From NCBI GenBank assembly GCA_036675425.1, contig JAKFFB010000045.1, positions 11,408-35,407 on the forward strand: DNA of 24,000 nt. Direction: 5' to 3'. This document shows, one piece after another, positions 16,247 to 23,615 of the stretch; position 1 is the stretch's first letter; the number at the start of each line of letters is the position of its first letter. This DNA comes from Actinomycetales bacterium. Its GTDB lineage: Bacteria; Actinomycetota; Actinomycetes; Mycobacteriales; SCTD01. The notes beneath the pieces were generated by a model, which was not told the DNA's origin, ran no database searches, and saw only the letters and a program-made list of their open reading frames with translations. The position numbers were made by a program, and so were the translations under genes.

Positions 16247-18025
16247 GTGGCGCGGGAGTTCTCACAGGTCGGCGTGGTCGGGCTCGGCACGATGGGTGCG
16301 GGCATCGCCGAGGTGCTCGCCCGCTCCGGGGTCACGGTCATCGGCGTCGAGGCAGAGCAGGCCGGTCTCGACCGGGCGCAGACGCACCTCGCCACCTCGA
16401 CCGGCCGCGCCGTCGCCAAGGGCAAGCTGACCGAGGCCGAGGCGCAGGAGATCCTGGGCCGGATCACGACCGGCACCGACCTCACCGCCGTCAAGGACTG
16501 CGAGCTGGTCATCGAGGCGATCCCGGAGCGGATGGAGCTCAAGGCCGAGCTCTTCGCCCAGCTCGACGGGCTGCTCCCGGACGACGCCGTCCTCGCGACC
16601 AACACCTCCGCGCTGTCGGTGACCGAGCTGGCCACCGGCACCGGCCGGCCGAGCCGCGTCGTCGGCCTGCACTGGTTCAACCCGGCTCCCGTCATGGGCC
16701 TGGTCGAGGTCGTCCGCACCGTCGTGACCGACCCGTCCGTGGTCGAGGACGTCCAGGCACTGGTCGAGCGGGTCGGCAAGACCGGCGTGACCGCCGGCGA
16801 CCGCGCGGGCTTCATCGCCAACGCGCTGCTGTTCGGCTACCTCAACAACGCGCTGCGGATGTACGAGAGCAAGTACGCCTCGCGCGAGGACATCGACGCC
16901 GCGATGCGCTTCGGCACCGGCCACCCGATGGGCCCGCTCGCGCTGCTGGACCTGATCGGGCTCGACAGCGCGTACGAGATCCTCGAGACGATGTACGCGC
17001 AGTCGCGCGACCACCGGCACGCCCCCGCGCCGCTGCTCAAGCAGTACGTCACCGCCGGCCTGCTCGGCCGCAAGACCGGCCGCGGCATCTACACCTACGC
17101 CGACGTCGACTCACCCGAGGTCGTCGCCGACGACAGCACCCCGAGCGGCGCGAGCAGCGCGGCCCCGCGGCCCGTGCAGAAGATCGGCGTCATCGGCACC
17201 GGCACCATGGCCAGCGGCATCGTCGAGGTCTGCGCCAAGAGCGGGTACGACGTGGTCTTCCGCGCGCGCGGCGACGACAAGGTCGCGGCCGTCCAGAAGA
17301 AGATCGAGGGCTCGCTCGACAAGGCGCTGCAGCGCGGCAAGCTCACCGAGGAGGCCAAGGCCGAGACCCTCGCGAAGATCACCGGCACCACGTCGCTGGA
17401 CGACCTGGCCGACTGCGACCTGGTCATCGAGGCGGTCGTCGAGGACCTGGCCATCAAGAAGGCGCTCTTCTCCGCGCTCGACGAGGTGATGAAGCCGGGC
17501 GCGATCCTGGCAACGACCACGTCCAGCCTGCCGGTCATCGAGTGCGCCCAGGCGACCTCCCGCCCGCAGGACGTCGTCGGCATGCACTGGTTCAACCCGG
17601 CGACCGTCATGAAGCTGGTCGAGGTCGTGCCGACGGTGACCACCGCGGACGACGTCGTCGCGACGATCCTCGACGTGTGCGCCAAGACCAAGAAGCACGC
17701 CGTGCTGTGCGGTGACCGCGCGGGGTTCATCGTGAACGCGCTGCTCTTCCCGTACCTCAACGACGCGGTCAAGATGCTCGAGGCGCACTACGCGACCATC
17801 GACGACATCGACTTCGCGATGACCAAGGGCTGCGGGCACCCGATGGGCCCGTTCGCGCTGATGGACGTCGTGGGCCTCGACGTCACGCTGGCGATCCAGC
17901 GGACGCTGTTCGACGAGTTCCGCGAGCCGGGCGACGCGCCGGCGCCGATGCTCGAGCACCTCGTGAAGGCGGGCTACCTCGGCCGCAAGACGGGGCGCGG
18001 CTTCCGCGACTACGCCAAGCGATAG
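16247..18025 (+). CDS. Tandem-fused double 3-hydroxyacyl-CoA (3-hydroxybutyryl-CoA) dehydrogenase
   Basis: Two complete HBD modules are joined by a Pro/Ser/Ala linker. Each module has a Rossmann GxGxxG (GLGTMGAG; GTGTMASG), NTS/TTS, a catalytic His/Glu segment (HWFNPAPVMGLVEV; HWFNPATVMKLVEV) and a C-terminal dimerisation domain (GHPMGP). GTG at 16247 is preceded by AGGGAG. The upstream part of the 732-aa track ORF is antisense to the STAS gene. Confidence 0.9.
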   Translation: MAREFSQVGVVGLGTMGAGIAEVLARSGVTVIGVEAEQAGLDRAQTHLATSTGRAVAKGKLTEAEAQEILGRITTGTDLTAVKDCELVIEAIPERMELKAELFAQLDGLLPDDAVLATNTSALSVTELATGTGRPSRVVGLHWFNPAPVMGLVEVVRTVVTDPSVVEDVQALVERVGKTGVTAGDRAGFIANALLFGYLNNALRMYESKYASREDIDAAMRFGTGHPMGPLALLDLIGLDSAYEILETMYAQSRDHRHAPAPLLKQYVTAGLLGRKTGRGIYTYADVDSPEVVADDSTPSGASSAAPRPVQKIGVIGTGTMASGIVEVCAKSGYDVVFRARGDDKVAAVQKKIEGSLDKALQRGKLTEEAKAETLAKITGTTSLDDLADCDLVIEAVVEDLAIKKALFSALDEVMKPGAILATTTSSLPVIECAQATSRPQDVVGMHWFNPATVMKLVEVVPTVTTADDVVATILDVCAKTKKHAVLCGDRAGFIVNALLFPYLNDAVKMLEAHYATIDDIDFAMTKGCGHPMGPFALMDVVGLDVTLAIQRTLFDEFREPGDAPAPMLEHLVKAGYLGRKTGRGFRDYAKR

Positions 18026-18349
18026 ATGCCGAGCGGGTCGGGGCGGGCGGCCAAGCGGGCCGCTGCCCTCGCCGCGCTCAAGAAGGGCGACGACGACGCT
18101 CCCCGGCCTCCTGTCGGGGAGCGCGTCGAGGACGGGTACGTCGTGCGGCGGGTGGCCGGCACCGCGAGCGCCCGGCCGTACCGCTGCCCGGGCTGCGACC
18201 AGGAGCTGCGCGCCGGCACCCCGCACGTCGTCGCCTGGCCCGAGGGCCGGCCGGACGACCGGCGGCACTGGCACACCGCCTGCTGGGACGCCCGGGGTCG
18301 CCGGGGCGTCAAGGTGCACCGCTCTAAGAACGCCCCCCGCTACGGCTGA
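18026..18349 (+). CDS. Small conserved Cys/His protein (putative zinc-ribbon), function unknown
   Basis: The ATG immediately abuts the dehydrogenase TAG (TAGATG). The product has a basic N-terminus, then YRCPGCDQEL...RRHWHTACW (a CxxC...HxHxxC pattern). GC3 is high in this frame. Confidence 0.6.
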   Translation: MPSGSGRAAKRAAALAALKKGDDDAPRPPVGERVEDGYVVRRVAGTASARPYRCPGCDQELRAGTPHVVAWPEGRPDDRRHWHTACWDARGRRGVKVHRSKNAPRYG

Positions 18350-18356
18350 CCTGCTG

Positions 18357-18418
18357 CACTACCCCGCTCGAACCGCGGTCCCTGGGGCCTCCCGGGGCGC
18401 GGTTCGAGCGGGGTAGTG
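18357..18418 (+). terminator. Perfect 21-bp inverted repeat with a 20-nt structured loop; probable intrinsic terminator
   Basis: CACTACCCCGCTCGAACCGCG (18357-18377) pairs with CGCGGTTCGAGCGGGGTAGTG (18398-18418). It begins 8 nt after the stop at 18349. Confidence 0.6.
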
Positions 18419-18434
18419 ACTAGCGTCGGGGCTC

Positions 18435-19145
18435 ATGCCCGACATCCGCCAGAGCACCGTGCTGCCCGCCGACCGCTGCGACGTGGTGCTGCACACCGCC
18501 GACGGCCTGGAGCTGGTCGGCGAGCTGGCGCTCCCGCTGGACCGCCCGCCGGTCGCGACGATGGTCTGCCTGCACCCGCTGCCGACGCAGGGCGGCTTCA
18601 TGGACAGCCACCTGCTGAGGAAGGCGTCGTACCGCCTGCCGGCGCTGGCCGACCTCGCGGTGCTGCGCTTCAACACCCGCGGCACCACCAGCCCGCGCGG
18701 CACCAGCCAGGGCGAGTTCGACAACGCGGTGGGTGAGAAGTACGACGTGGCAGCCGCTCTGGACCTCTGCGAGGCCGAGGACCTGCCGAGCATCTGGCTC
18801 GTCGGCTGGTCGTTCGGCACCGACCTCGCGCTGAAGTACGGCTGCGACCCGTCCGTCGTCGGCGCCGTCCTGATCAGCCCGCCGCTGCGCTTCTCCGAAC
18901 CGGCCGACCTGGAGCAGTGGGCGTCGTCGGGCAAGCCCCTGGCCGCGATCGTGCCGGAGCACGACGACTTCCTGAAGCCCGCGGAGGCGCGGGAGCGGTT
19001 CGCCGCGGTGCCGCAGTGCGAGGTGGTCGCAGTGGAGGGCGCCAAGCACCTGTTCGTCGGTCACACCGAGCGGGTCCTCGACGAGGTCGTCGCCCGCCTG
19101 AACCCGCCCGCCGCGCCGCTGCCGCGGACCTACGAGGAGGCTTGA
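18435..19145 (+). CDS. Alpha/beta hydrolase (serine hydrolase fold)
   Basis: The nucleophile elbow GWSFG is present, with a typical beta-strand/helix alternation and a C-terminal GAKHLF segment providing the His. Confidence 0.8.
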   Translation: MPDIRQSTVLPADRCDVVLHTADGLELVGELALPLDRPPVATMVCLHPLPTQGGFMDSHLLRKASYRLPALADLAVLRFNTRGTTSPRGTSQGEFDNAVGEKYDVAAALDLCEAEDLPSIWLVGWSFGTDLALKYGCDPSVVGAVLISPPLRFSEPADLEQWASSGKPLAAIVPEHDDFLKPAEARERFAAVPQCEVVAVEGAKHLFVGHTERVLDEVVARLNPPAAPLPRTYEEA

Positions 19146-19149
19146 GCCC

Positions 19150-19929
19150 ATGGCCGTCATCTCCCTGGCGCACCGCGAGGCCGGCTCCGGCACGCCGCTG
19201 GTGCTGCTGCACGCCTTCCCGCTGAGCTCCGCCATGTGGCTGGAGCAGCGCGAGCTGCTCGGGAGCCGCTGCCGGGTGATCACGCCCGACCAGCGCGGCT
19301 TCGGCGGGTCGGAGCTCGGCTCGGACGAGCCCTCGCTGGGCGAGTGCGCCGACGACGTGCTCGCCCTGCTGGACGGGCTCGGCCTCGACCGCGTCGTGCT
19401 CGGTGGGCTGTCCATGGGCGGCTACGTCGCGATGGAGCTGCTGAGGCGTGCGCCCGAGCGGGTGAGCGCCCTGCTGCTCGCCGACACCAAGGCCTCGGCC
19501 GACCCTCCCGAGGCGCGCGAGGGTCGCCTGCGGACCGCTGAGGCCGTCGAGCGGGACGGCACCGACGCGCTCGCCGAGACGATGCTGCCGGTTCTGCTCG
19601 GGGCCACGACCCTCGAGACCCGCGCGGCGGTCGCCGGACGGGTGCGCGGGCTCGTGGCTGCCGCCCCGGCGCCCGCCGTCGCGTGGGCCTCCCGCGCGAT
19701 GGCGGCCCGACCCGACTCCTTCGAGGTCCTGCGAGCCACCGACGTCCCGGCCCTGGTCGTCGTGGGTGAGGAGGACGCGCTCTCGCCCGTCGCGCAGGCG
19801 CAGGAGATGGTCGACGCGCTGCCGCAGGGACGGCTGGCCGTGCTGCCCGGGGCGGGTCACCTGACGGCCGTCGAGGACCCGGCGGCCTTCGCCGCGGCGG
19901 TGGGCGGCTTCCTGGACGAGCTGGGCTGA
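19150..19929 (+). CDS. Alpha/beta fold hydrolase
   Basis: It has the HAFP oxyanion-region motif, the nucleophile elbow GLSMGG and a C-terminal GAGHL segment. It starts 4 nt after the preceding hydrolase. Confidence 0.85.
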   Translation: MAVISLAHREAGSGTPLVLLHAFPLSSAMWLEQRELLGSRCRVITPDQRGFGGSELGSDEPSLGECADDVLALLDGLGLDRVVLGGLSMGGYVAMELLRRAPERVSALLLADTKASADPPEAREGRLRTAEAVERDGTDALAETMLPVLLGATTLETRAAVAGRVRGLVAAAPAPAVAWASRAMAARPDSFEVLRATDVPALVVVGEEDALSPVAQAQEMVDALPQGRLAVLPGAGHLTAVEDPAAFAAAVGGFLDELG

Positions 19930-19935
19930 CAGACG

Positions 19936-19988
19936 CGGAAGCGGCGATCCCGCACGGGCTTTCGCCCCGTGCGAGACCGCCGCTTCCG
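19936..19988. terminator. Compound hairpin (11-bp outer stem plus 8-bp inner stem) between convergent genes; probable bidirectional terminator
   Basis: CGGAAGCGGCG (19936-19946) pairs with CGCCGCTTCCG (19978-19988). The inner stem is CGCACGGG / CCCGTGCG. It lies between the stops at 19929 (+) and 19998 (-). Confidence 0.65.
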
Positions 19989-19997
19989 GAAGGTCCG

Positions 19998-21035
19998 TCA
20001 GGCGGTGGCGCCGGCGGCGCGACGGCCGAGCCGGTGCGCCAGGGCGCCGACGCCGAGGGCGCCGAGGCCGGTCGCCAGCAGCCACACCAGGCCTTGCGTC
20101 CCGGTGAAGGGCAGCACGCTGGGTGCGACGGCGCCCTGGGCGGAGACGTCGTTGGCGGCGAGCGTCGCACCGGCGGCGCCGAGGGTCAGCGCGTCCTGCC
20201 GCTCGGCCGCGGCGACGGTCGTGCCGGACACGACGGTCGCGGGCAGCACGCCGGTCACGACCGACCGGGCGCTGACGGCACCGCCGGCGGCGCCCGCCGT
20301 CGTGCCGCTGGTGGTCTCCGTGGCGGTCGGGACGGCGGTCTCGGAGCCGGTCGCGGCGTCGGTGGTGGTGCCGCTGGTGCTCGACGTCGGAGCGGCCGCG
20401 CCGGCAGTGACCGGGGCCGGGCAGTCGATCCAGAAGACCTTCTGCTTCGCGCCGCCCGGTGCGCTGTCCACGTCCACGGCCAGCTTCACGTGCCAGCCCT
20501 GCTGGGCGTGCGGCGCTGTGCTGAGCAGCTCGGACAGCTGGCCGTCGACCGAGTAGGTGAAGGTGGCGTCGCGGTCCTGACCGCCACCGGCCGCGTCGGT
20601 GCTGATGGTGCGCGACTCGCTGTGCAGCAGGCCGCCGCTGGTCGGCGCCTGGCTGGTGAAGGTGATCGTCGCCGTGTCGCCGGCGTCGAAGCCGTAGAAG
20701 TCGACCGAGAAGGTGCAGCCGACGTGCGGCTCGTTGCCGCGGCCGTCGTCGAAGGCCTCGCCGTCGATCTTCACCGTGCCGTTGTTGCCGCGCGGGTCAC
20801 CGGAGGCGGCCCTGCCCGAGTCGGCCTTGCCCGACTCGCTCTTCGCGCCCTCGTCGTTCGCCCGGTCGTCCTGTGCGTGCGCGGTTCCCTGCTGGCTGCG
20901 CGGCTCCTCGCGCGGCTCGTCGGCCGGGTCGGCGAAGGCGGCGGCGGGAGCGGCCAGGGCGAGCGCGAGCGCGACGCCCACGGTGGTGCCGGCCCGACGG
21001 GCGGTGCTGCGGGGCGAGGGGAGAGGAGCGGACAC
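19998..21035 (-). CDS. Secreted LPXTG-anchored cell-surface protein (sortase substrate)
   Basis: It has an N-terminal signal peptide (VGVALALALAAPAAAFA). The C-terminal sorting signal is LPFTG (nt 20100-20114) plus a hydrophobic helix and an RLGRR tail. A Thr/Ser/Ala-rich stalk is present. GTG at 21035 has GGAGG 7 nt upstream. Confidence 0.8.
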   Translation of the reverse strand: MSAPLPSPRSTARRAGTTVGVALALALAAPAAAFADPADEPREEPRSQQGTAHAQDDRANDEGAKSESGKADSGRAASGDPRGNNGTVKIDGEAFDDGRGNEPHVGCTFSVDFYGFDAGDTATITFTSQAPTSGGLLHSESRTISTDAAGGGQDRDATFTYSVDGQLSELLSTAPHAQQGWHVKLAVDVDSAPGGAKQKVFWIDCPAPVTAGAAAPTSSTSGTTTDAATGSETAVPTATETTSGTTAGAAGGAVSARSVVTGVLPATVVSGTTVAAAERQDALTLGAAGATLAANDVSAQGAVAPSVLPFTGTQGLVWLLATGLGALGVGALAHRLGRRAAGATA

Positions 21036-21411
21036 GGGAGCCTCCGGGGAGCGGACCGGCGGGCGCCGGTTGTGGTGACCCTCCGTGTTGCCGGAACAAC
21101 TCCACGTGAAACGGACATCGTGAGCAAAGTGACGGAGTTCTCACCCTGGTGACACTTGCGATCGGGACAGACCGGAAGCATTCGGACGCCATCAGGTGGG
21201 AGCACGTACGTGCACCTCGGCCGTGTGACCCGTCGCCGGCGGCGACCCGAGCGTGACGGCAGCGGCTGATCGAGGAGGTGCACGTGAGTCCTCCCAGCCG
21301 ACCGGGATCCTCGACTGCCACCTCGGCCCGCCACGGCCGGGATGGCGAGCGGGGGCGTCGGCTCGTGGGCGGGAGGTGGCAGTCCGAGCTCCCGAGGCCG
21401 GGCGGGTCGCC

Positions 21412-22713
21412 CTAGAGCTGGTCCTGCCGGGGCGCCACGACCTCGTGGATGACCAGCTGCAGCGCCGCGGCTATCGGGATGGCCAGCAGCGCACCGAGCA
21501 CGCCGAGCAGCGAGCCGCCGACGAGCACGGCGACCACGGTCGCCGCCGGGGAGACGTCCACCGAGCGCTGCATGATGCGGGGGTAGAGCAGGTAGTTCTC
21601 GACCTGCTGGTAGATCAGGAAGAACACCGCGCAGATGACGCCGGCCTGGATCGAGCTGAAGAGCGCGACGGCCGTGACGAAGACGGCGCCGATGGTGGCG
21701 CCGATCAGCGGGATCAGGCCGGTGAGGAAGACCAGCATCGCGAGCGCGACGGCGTAGTCGACGCCGAGGACCCGCAGCAGCAGGAAGGTCGACAGCGCGG
21801 CCAGGCTGGCGATCGACACCGCCCCGGCGACGTAACCGCCCACCCGGGAGAGGATCTCGTCGGTGAGCAGTCCGACCCGGGCGCGCCTGCTGCGCGGGAC
21901 CAGCCGGTAGGCCTGCGCCTTGATGGCCGGCAGGTTCGCCAGGAAGTAGAGCGTCACGATCAGCACGGTCAGCGCGCTGAAGAAGAAGCCGAAGACCACC
22001 TTGCCCACGCCGAGGACGCCGCCGGCGGCGGTCACGCCGATGCGCTCCGGGTCGTCCAGCACCCGCTCCAGCCGGTCGAGCAGCCCGAAGCGCTCGTCCA
22101 GGGCGGCGATCCGCTCGTTGTCCTGCAGCTGCGCGACGTAGTCCGGGGCGCGCTCGGCGAACTCCTGGGCCTGGTCGATGATCGGCGGCACGACGGCGAA
22201 GCCGAACCCGGTGAAGAACAGCAGCACGCCGAGCAGCACCACCAGCACGGCGAAGCCCCGTCGCATGCTGCGTCGCTCCAGCGCCTCGACGGCGGGGTTC
22301 AGCCCGATCGCCAGGAACGCCGCGGTGAGCAGCAGCACGAGGACCGACTGGACCGCGATGAGCGCCTTCACCAGGCCGTACGCCACAGCGACCCCGAGCG
22401 CGGCCGTGAAGGCGAGGCGGAAGGGGGACCGCCTCGACAGCGGCCGGCCGGGCAGGCCGTACGGGTTCTCCTCGTCGACCTGGGCCTCGATCTTGCGGAC
22501 CGCGGTGTCGAGCAGCGGGTCGTCGGCGGGCGCCACGAGCGAGGCGGCGTCGACGGCCGCACTGCCCGCCTGCACGGCCCGCTCCTCGGCCTGCTCGGCG
22601 CCGGCCCGCGCGTCGACCGCGCCGGCCTCGGCCCGCTCCGCGCGCTCCGCGGTCTCCTCGACCTGCTGCTCGAGGTCGGCCTCCGGCTCGGAGCCCGAGC
22701 GGCTCTCAGTCAC
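21412..22713 (-). CDS. AI-2E family transporter (PerM/UPF0118 permease)
   Basis: This is a polytopic membrane protein with the family-typical central segment (VGGYVAGAVSIASLAALSTFLLLRVLGVDYAVALAMLVFLTGLIPLIGATIG). It has an acidic, Ala-rich N-terminal tail. The GTG start overlaps the upstream gene by 8 nt. The start is not certain. Confidence 0.82.
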   Translation of the reverse strand: MTESRSGSEPEADLEQQVEETAERAERAEAGAVDARAGAEQAEERAVQAGSAAVDAASLVAPADDPLLDTAVRKIEAQVDEENPYGLPGRPLSRRSPFRLAFTAALGVAVAYGLVKALIAVQSVLVLLLTAAFLAIGLNPAVEALERRSMRRGFAVLVVLLGVLLFFTGFGFAVVPPIIDQAQEFAERAPDYVAQLQDNERIAALDERFGLLDRLERVLDDPERIGVTAAGGVLGVGKVVFGFFFSALTVLIVTLYFLANLPAIKAQAYRLVPRSRRARVGLLTDEILSRVGGYVAGAVSIASLAALSTFLLLRVLGVDYAVALAMLVFLTGLIPLIGATIGAVFVTAVALFSSIQAGVICAVFFLIYQQVENYLLYPRIMQRSVDVSPAATVVAVLVGGSLLGVLGALLAIPIAAALQLVIHEVVAPRQDQL

Positions 22714-23536
22714 GGGGTGGGACGCGCGAGGACCCGCCCGACGGCGGGGTCGGCCCGCCGAGCGGCGCCACCGCCGCGGCGACCGCGTCGCGCAGCGTCT
22801 GCAGCTGCTGGGCGATCGCGTCGCGCTGCGCGGAGAGCTCCTCGACCTGGCGGCGCGCCTCGGCGATCATGTCCGCCGACTCGGCCCGGGCCCGGTCGTG
22901 CATGACCTGCACGTCGGAACGTGCTGTGGTGACGAGCTTCTCGGCCTCCGCACGAGCGTCGCCACGGACGACGCGGGCCTCCTCCTGCGCGGCCGCGCGC
23001 TGGGCGTCGGCCTCCGCCGTCGCCTTCGCGCGGACGGCCTCGGCGTCCTTCTGCGCCTGCAGCGTCGCCGCCTCGGCGGCCTCGGCGGCGCGCGTCACCT
23101 CGGTCTCGCGCTTGCGCAGCGCCGCGTCGCGCTCGCTGCTCTCGCGAGCAGCCTGCTGCTTGGCGGCGGCGACGATCCGCTCGGCCTCGGCCCTGGCGTC
23201 CTCGCGCAGCGCGGCGGCCTCCTCCTCGGCCAGGCGGAGCATCTCGGCCAGGCGCGCGGAGAGCAGGCTGGCCGGCTCGGGCTGCCCGGACGCGCGGCGC
23301 TCCGCCGCGTCGAGGTGGGTCTGCATCATCGCGACCTGCTGCTCGAGCGCGCTGAGGCGCTCGCCGTCAGCGGCGTGCCGCTCGTCGGCCTCGGTGAGGG
23401 CGACCTCGACGCGGTCGAGGTAGTCGTCGACCTGGCGACGGTCGTAGCCGCGCAGCACGACGTCGAAGCCGCTGGCCTCCGCGCCCTCCGACTGCGTCAC
23501 TGCGAGCTCCTCCGGGGCGTCCACCGTCATCGTCAT
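22706..23536 (-). CDS. DivIVA-domain coiled-coil protein (AbpS-like)
   Basis: The N-terminal DivIVA motif FDVVLRGYDRRQVDDYL is followed by ~200 aa of Ala/Glu/Arg-rich coiled coil. No SD is evident, and a second ATG lies 2 codons downstream. Confidence 0.75.
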   Translation of the reverse strand: MTMTVDAPEELAVTQSEGAEASGFDVVLRGYDRRQVDDYLDRVEVALTEADERHAADGERLSALEQQVAMMQTHLDAAERRASGQPEPASLLSARLAEMLRLAEEEAAALREDARAEAERIVAAAKQQAARESSERDAALRKRETEVTRAAEAAEAATLQAQKDAEAVRAKATAEADAQRAAAQEEARVVRGDARAEAEKLVTTARSDVQVMHDRARAESADMIAEARRQVEELSAQRDAIAQQLQTLRDAVAAAVAPLGGPTPPSGGSSRVPPRD

Positions 23537-23546
23537 GGGCTTGTGA

Positions 23547-23589
23547 TACCACCCGCGCGGGCTCCGGTAGCGGAGCCGCGCGGGTGGTA
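23547..23589 (-). terminator. 19-bp stem (one bulged G) with a GTAG tetraloop downstream of ccr
   Basis: TACCACCCGCGCGGGCTCCG gtag CGGAGCCGCGCGGGTGGTA. It lies 27 nt past the ccr stop (23616) and 10 nt upstream of the DivIVA-like ATG. Confidence 0.6.
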
Positions 23590-23615
23590 CCTGGACCTGC
23601 CCCGACGGCGTCGGC

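Noticed and set aside
17111-20085. Minus-strand ORFs 17111..18319, 18359..19045, 18420..19415, 18874..20085 and 19280..20170.
   Set aside because: They are antisense to the dehydrogenase, the Cys/His protein and the two hydrolases. They are shadow ORFs with low-complexity products.
21284-21415. A 43-codon plus-strand sORF (VSPPSRPGSS...) with a strong GAGGAGG 5 nt upstream of its GTG and a CTAG stop shared with the AI-2E gene.
   Set aside because: The SD is attractive. However, the peptide is Arg/Gly/Ser/Pro-rich, and many codons end in A/T (AGT, CCT, CGA, GGA, ACT, GAT, CGT), unlike real genes here. I cannot test conservation, so it stays a note rather than a call.
22850-23350. Apparent short nucleotide repeats (GCGGCC / GCCTCG / CGCGC periodicity), which might suggest a repeat array.
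   Set aside because: The periodicity comes from Ala/Glu/Arg codon reuse in the coiled-coil region of the DivIVA-like gene. There is no spacer/repeat organisation and it is not a CRISPR or tandem-repeat locus.
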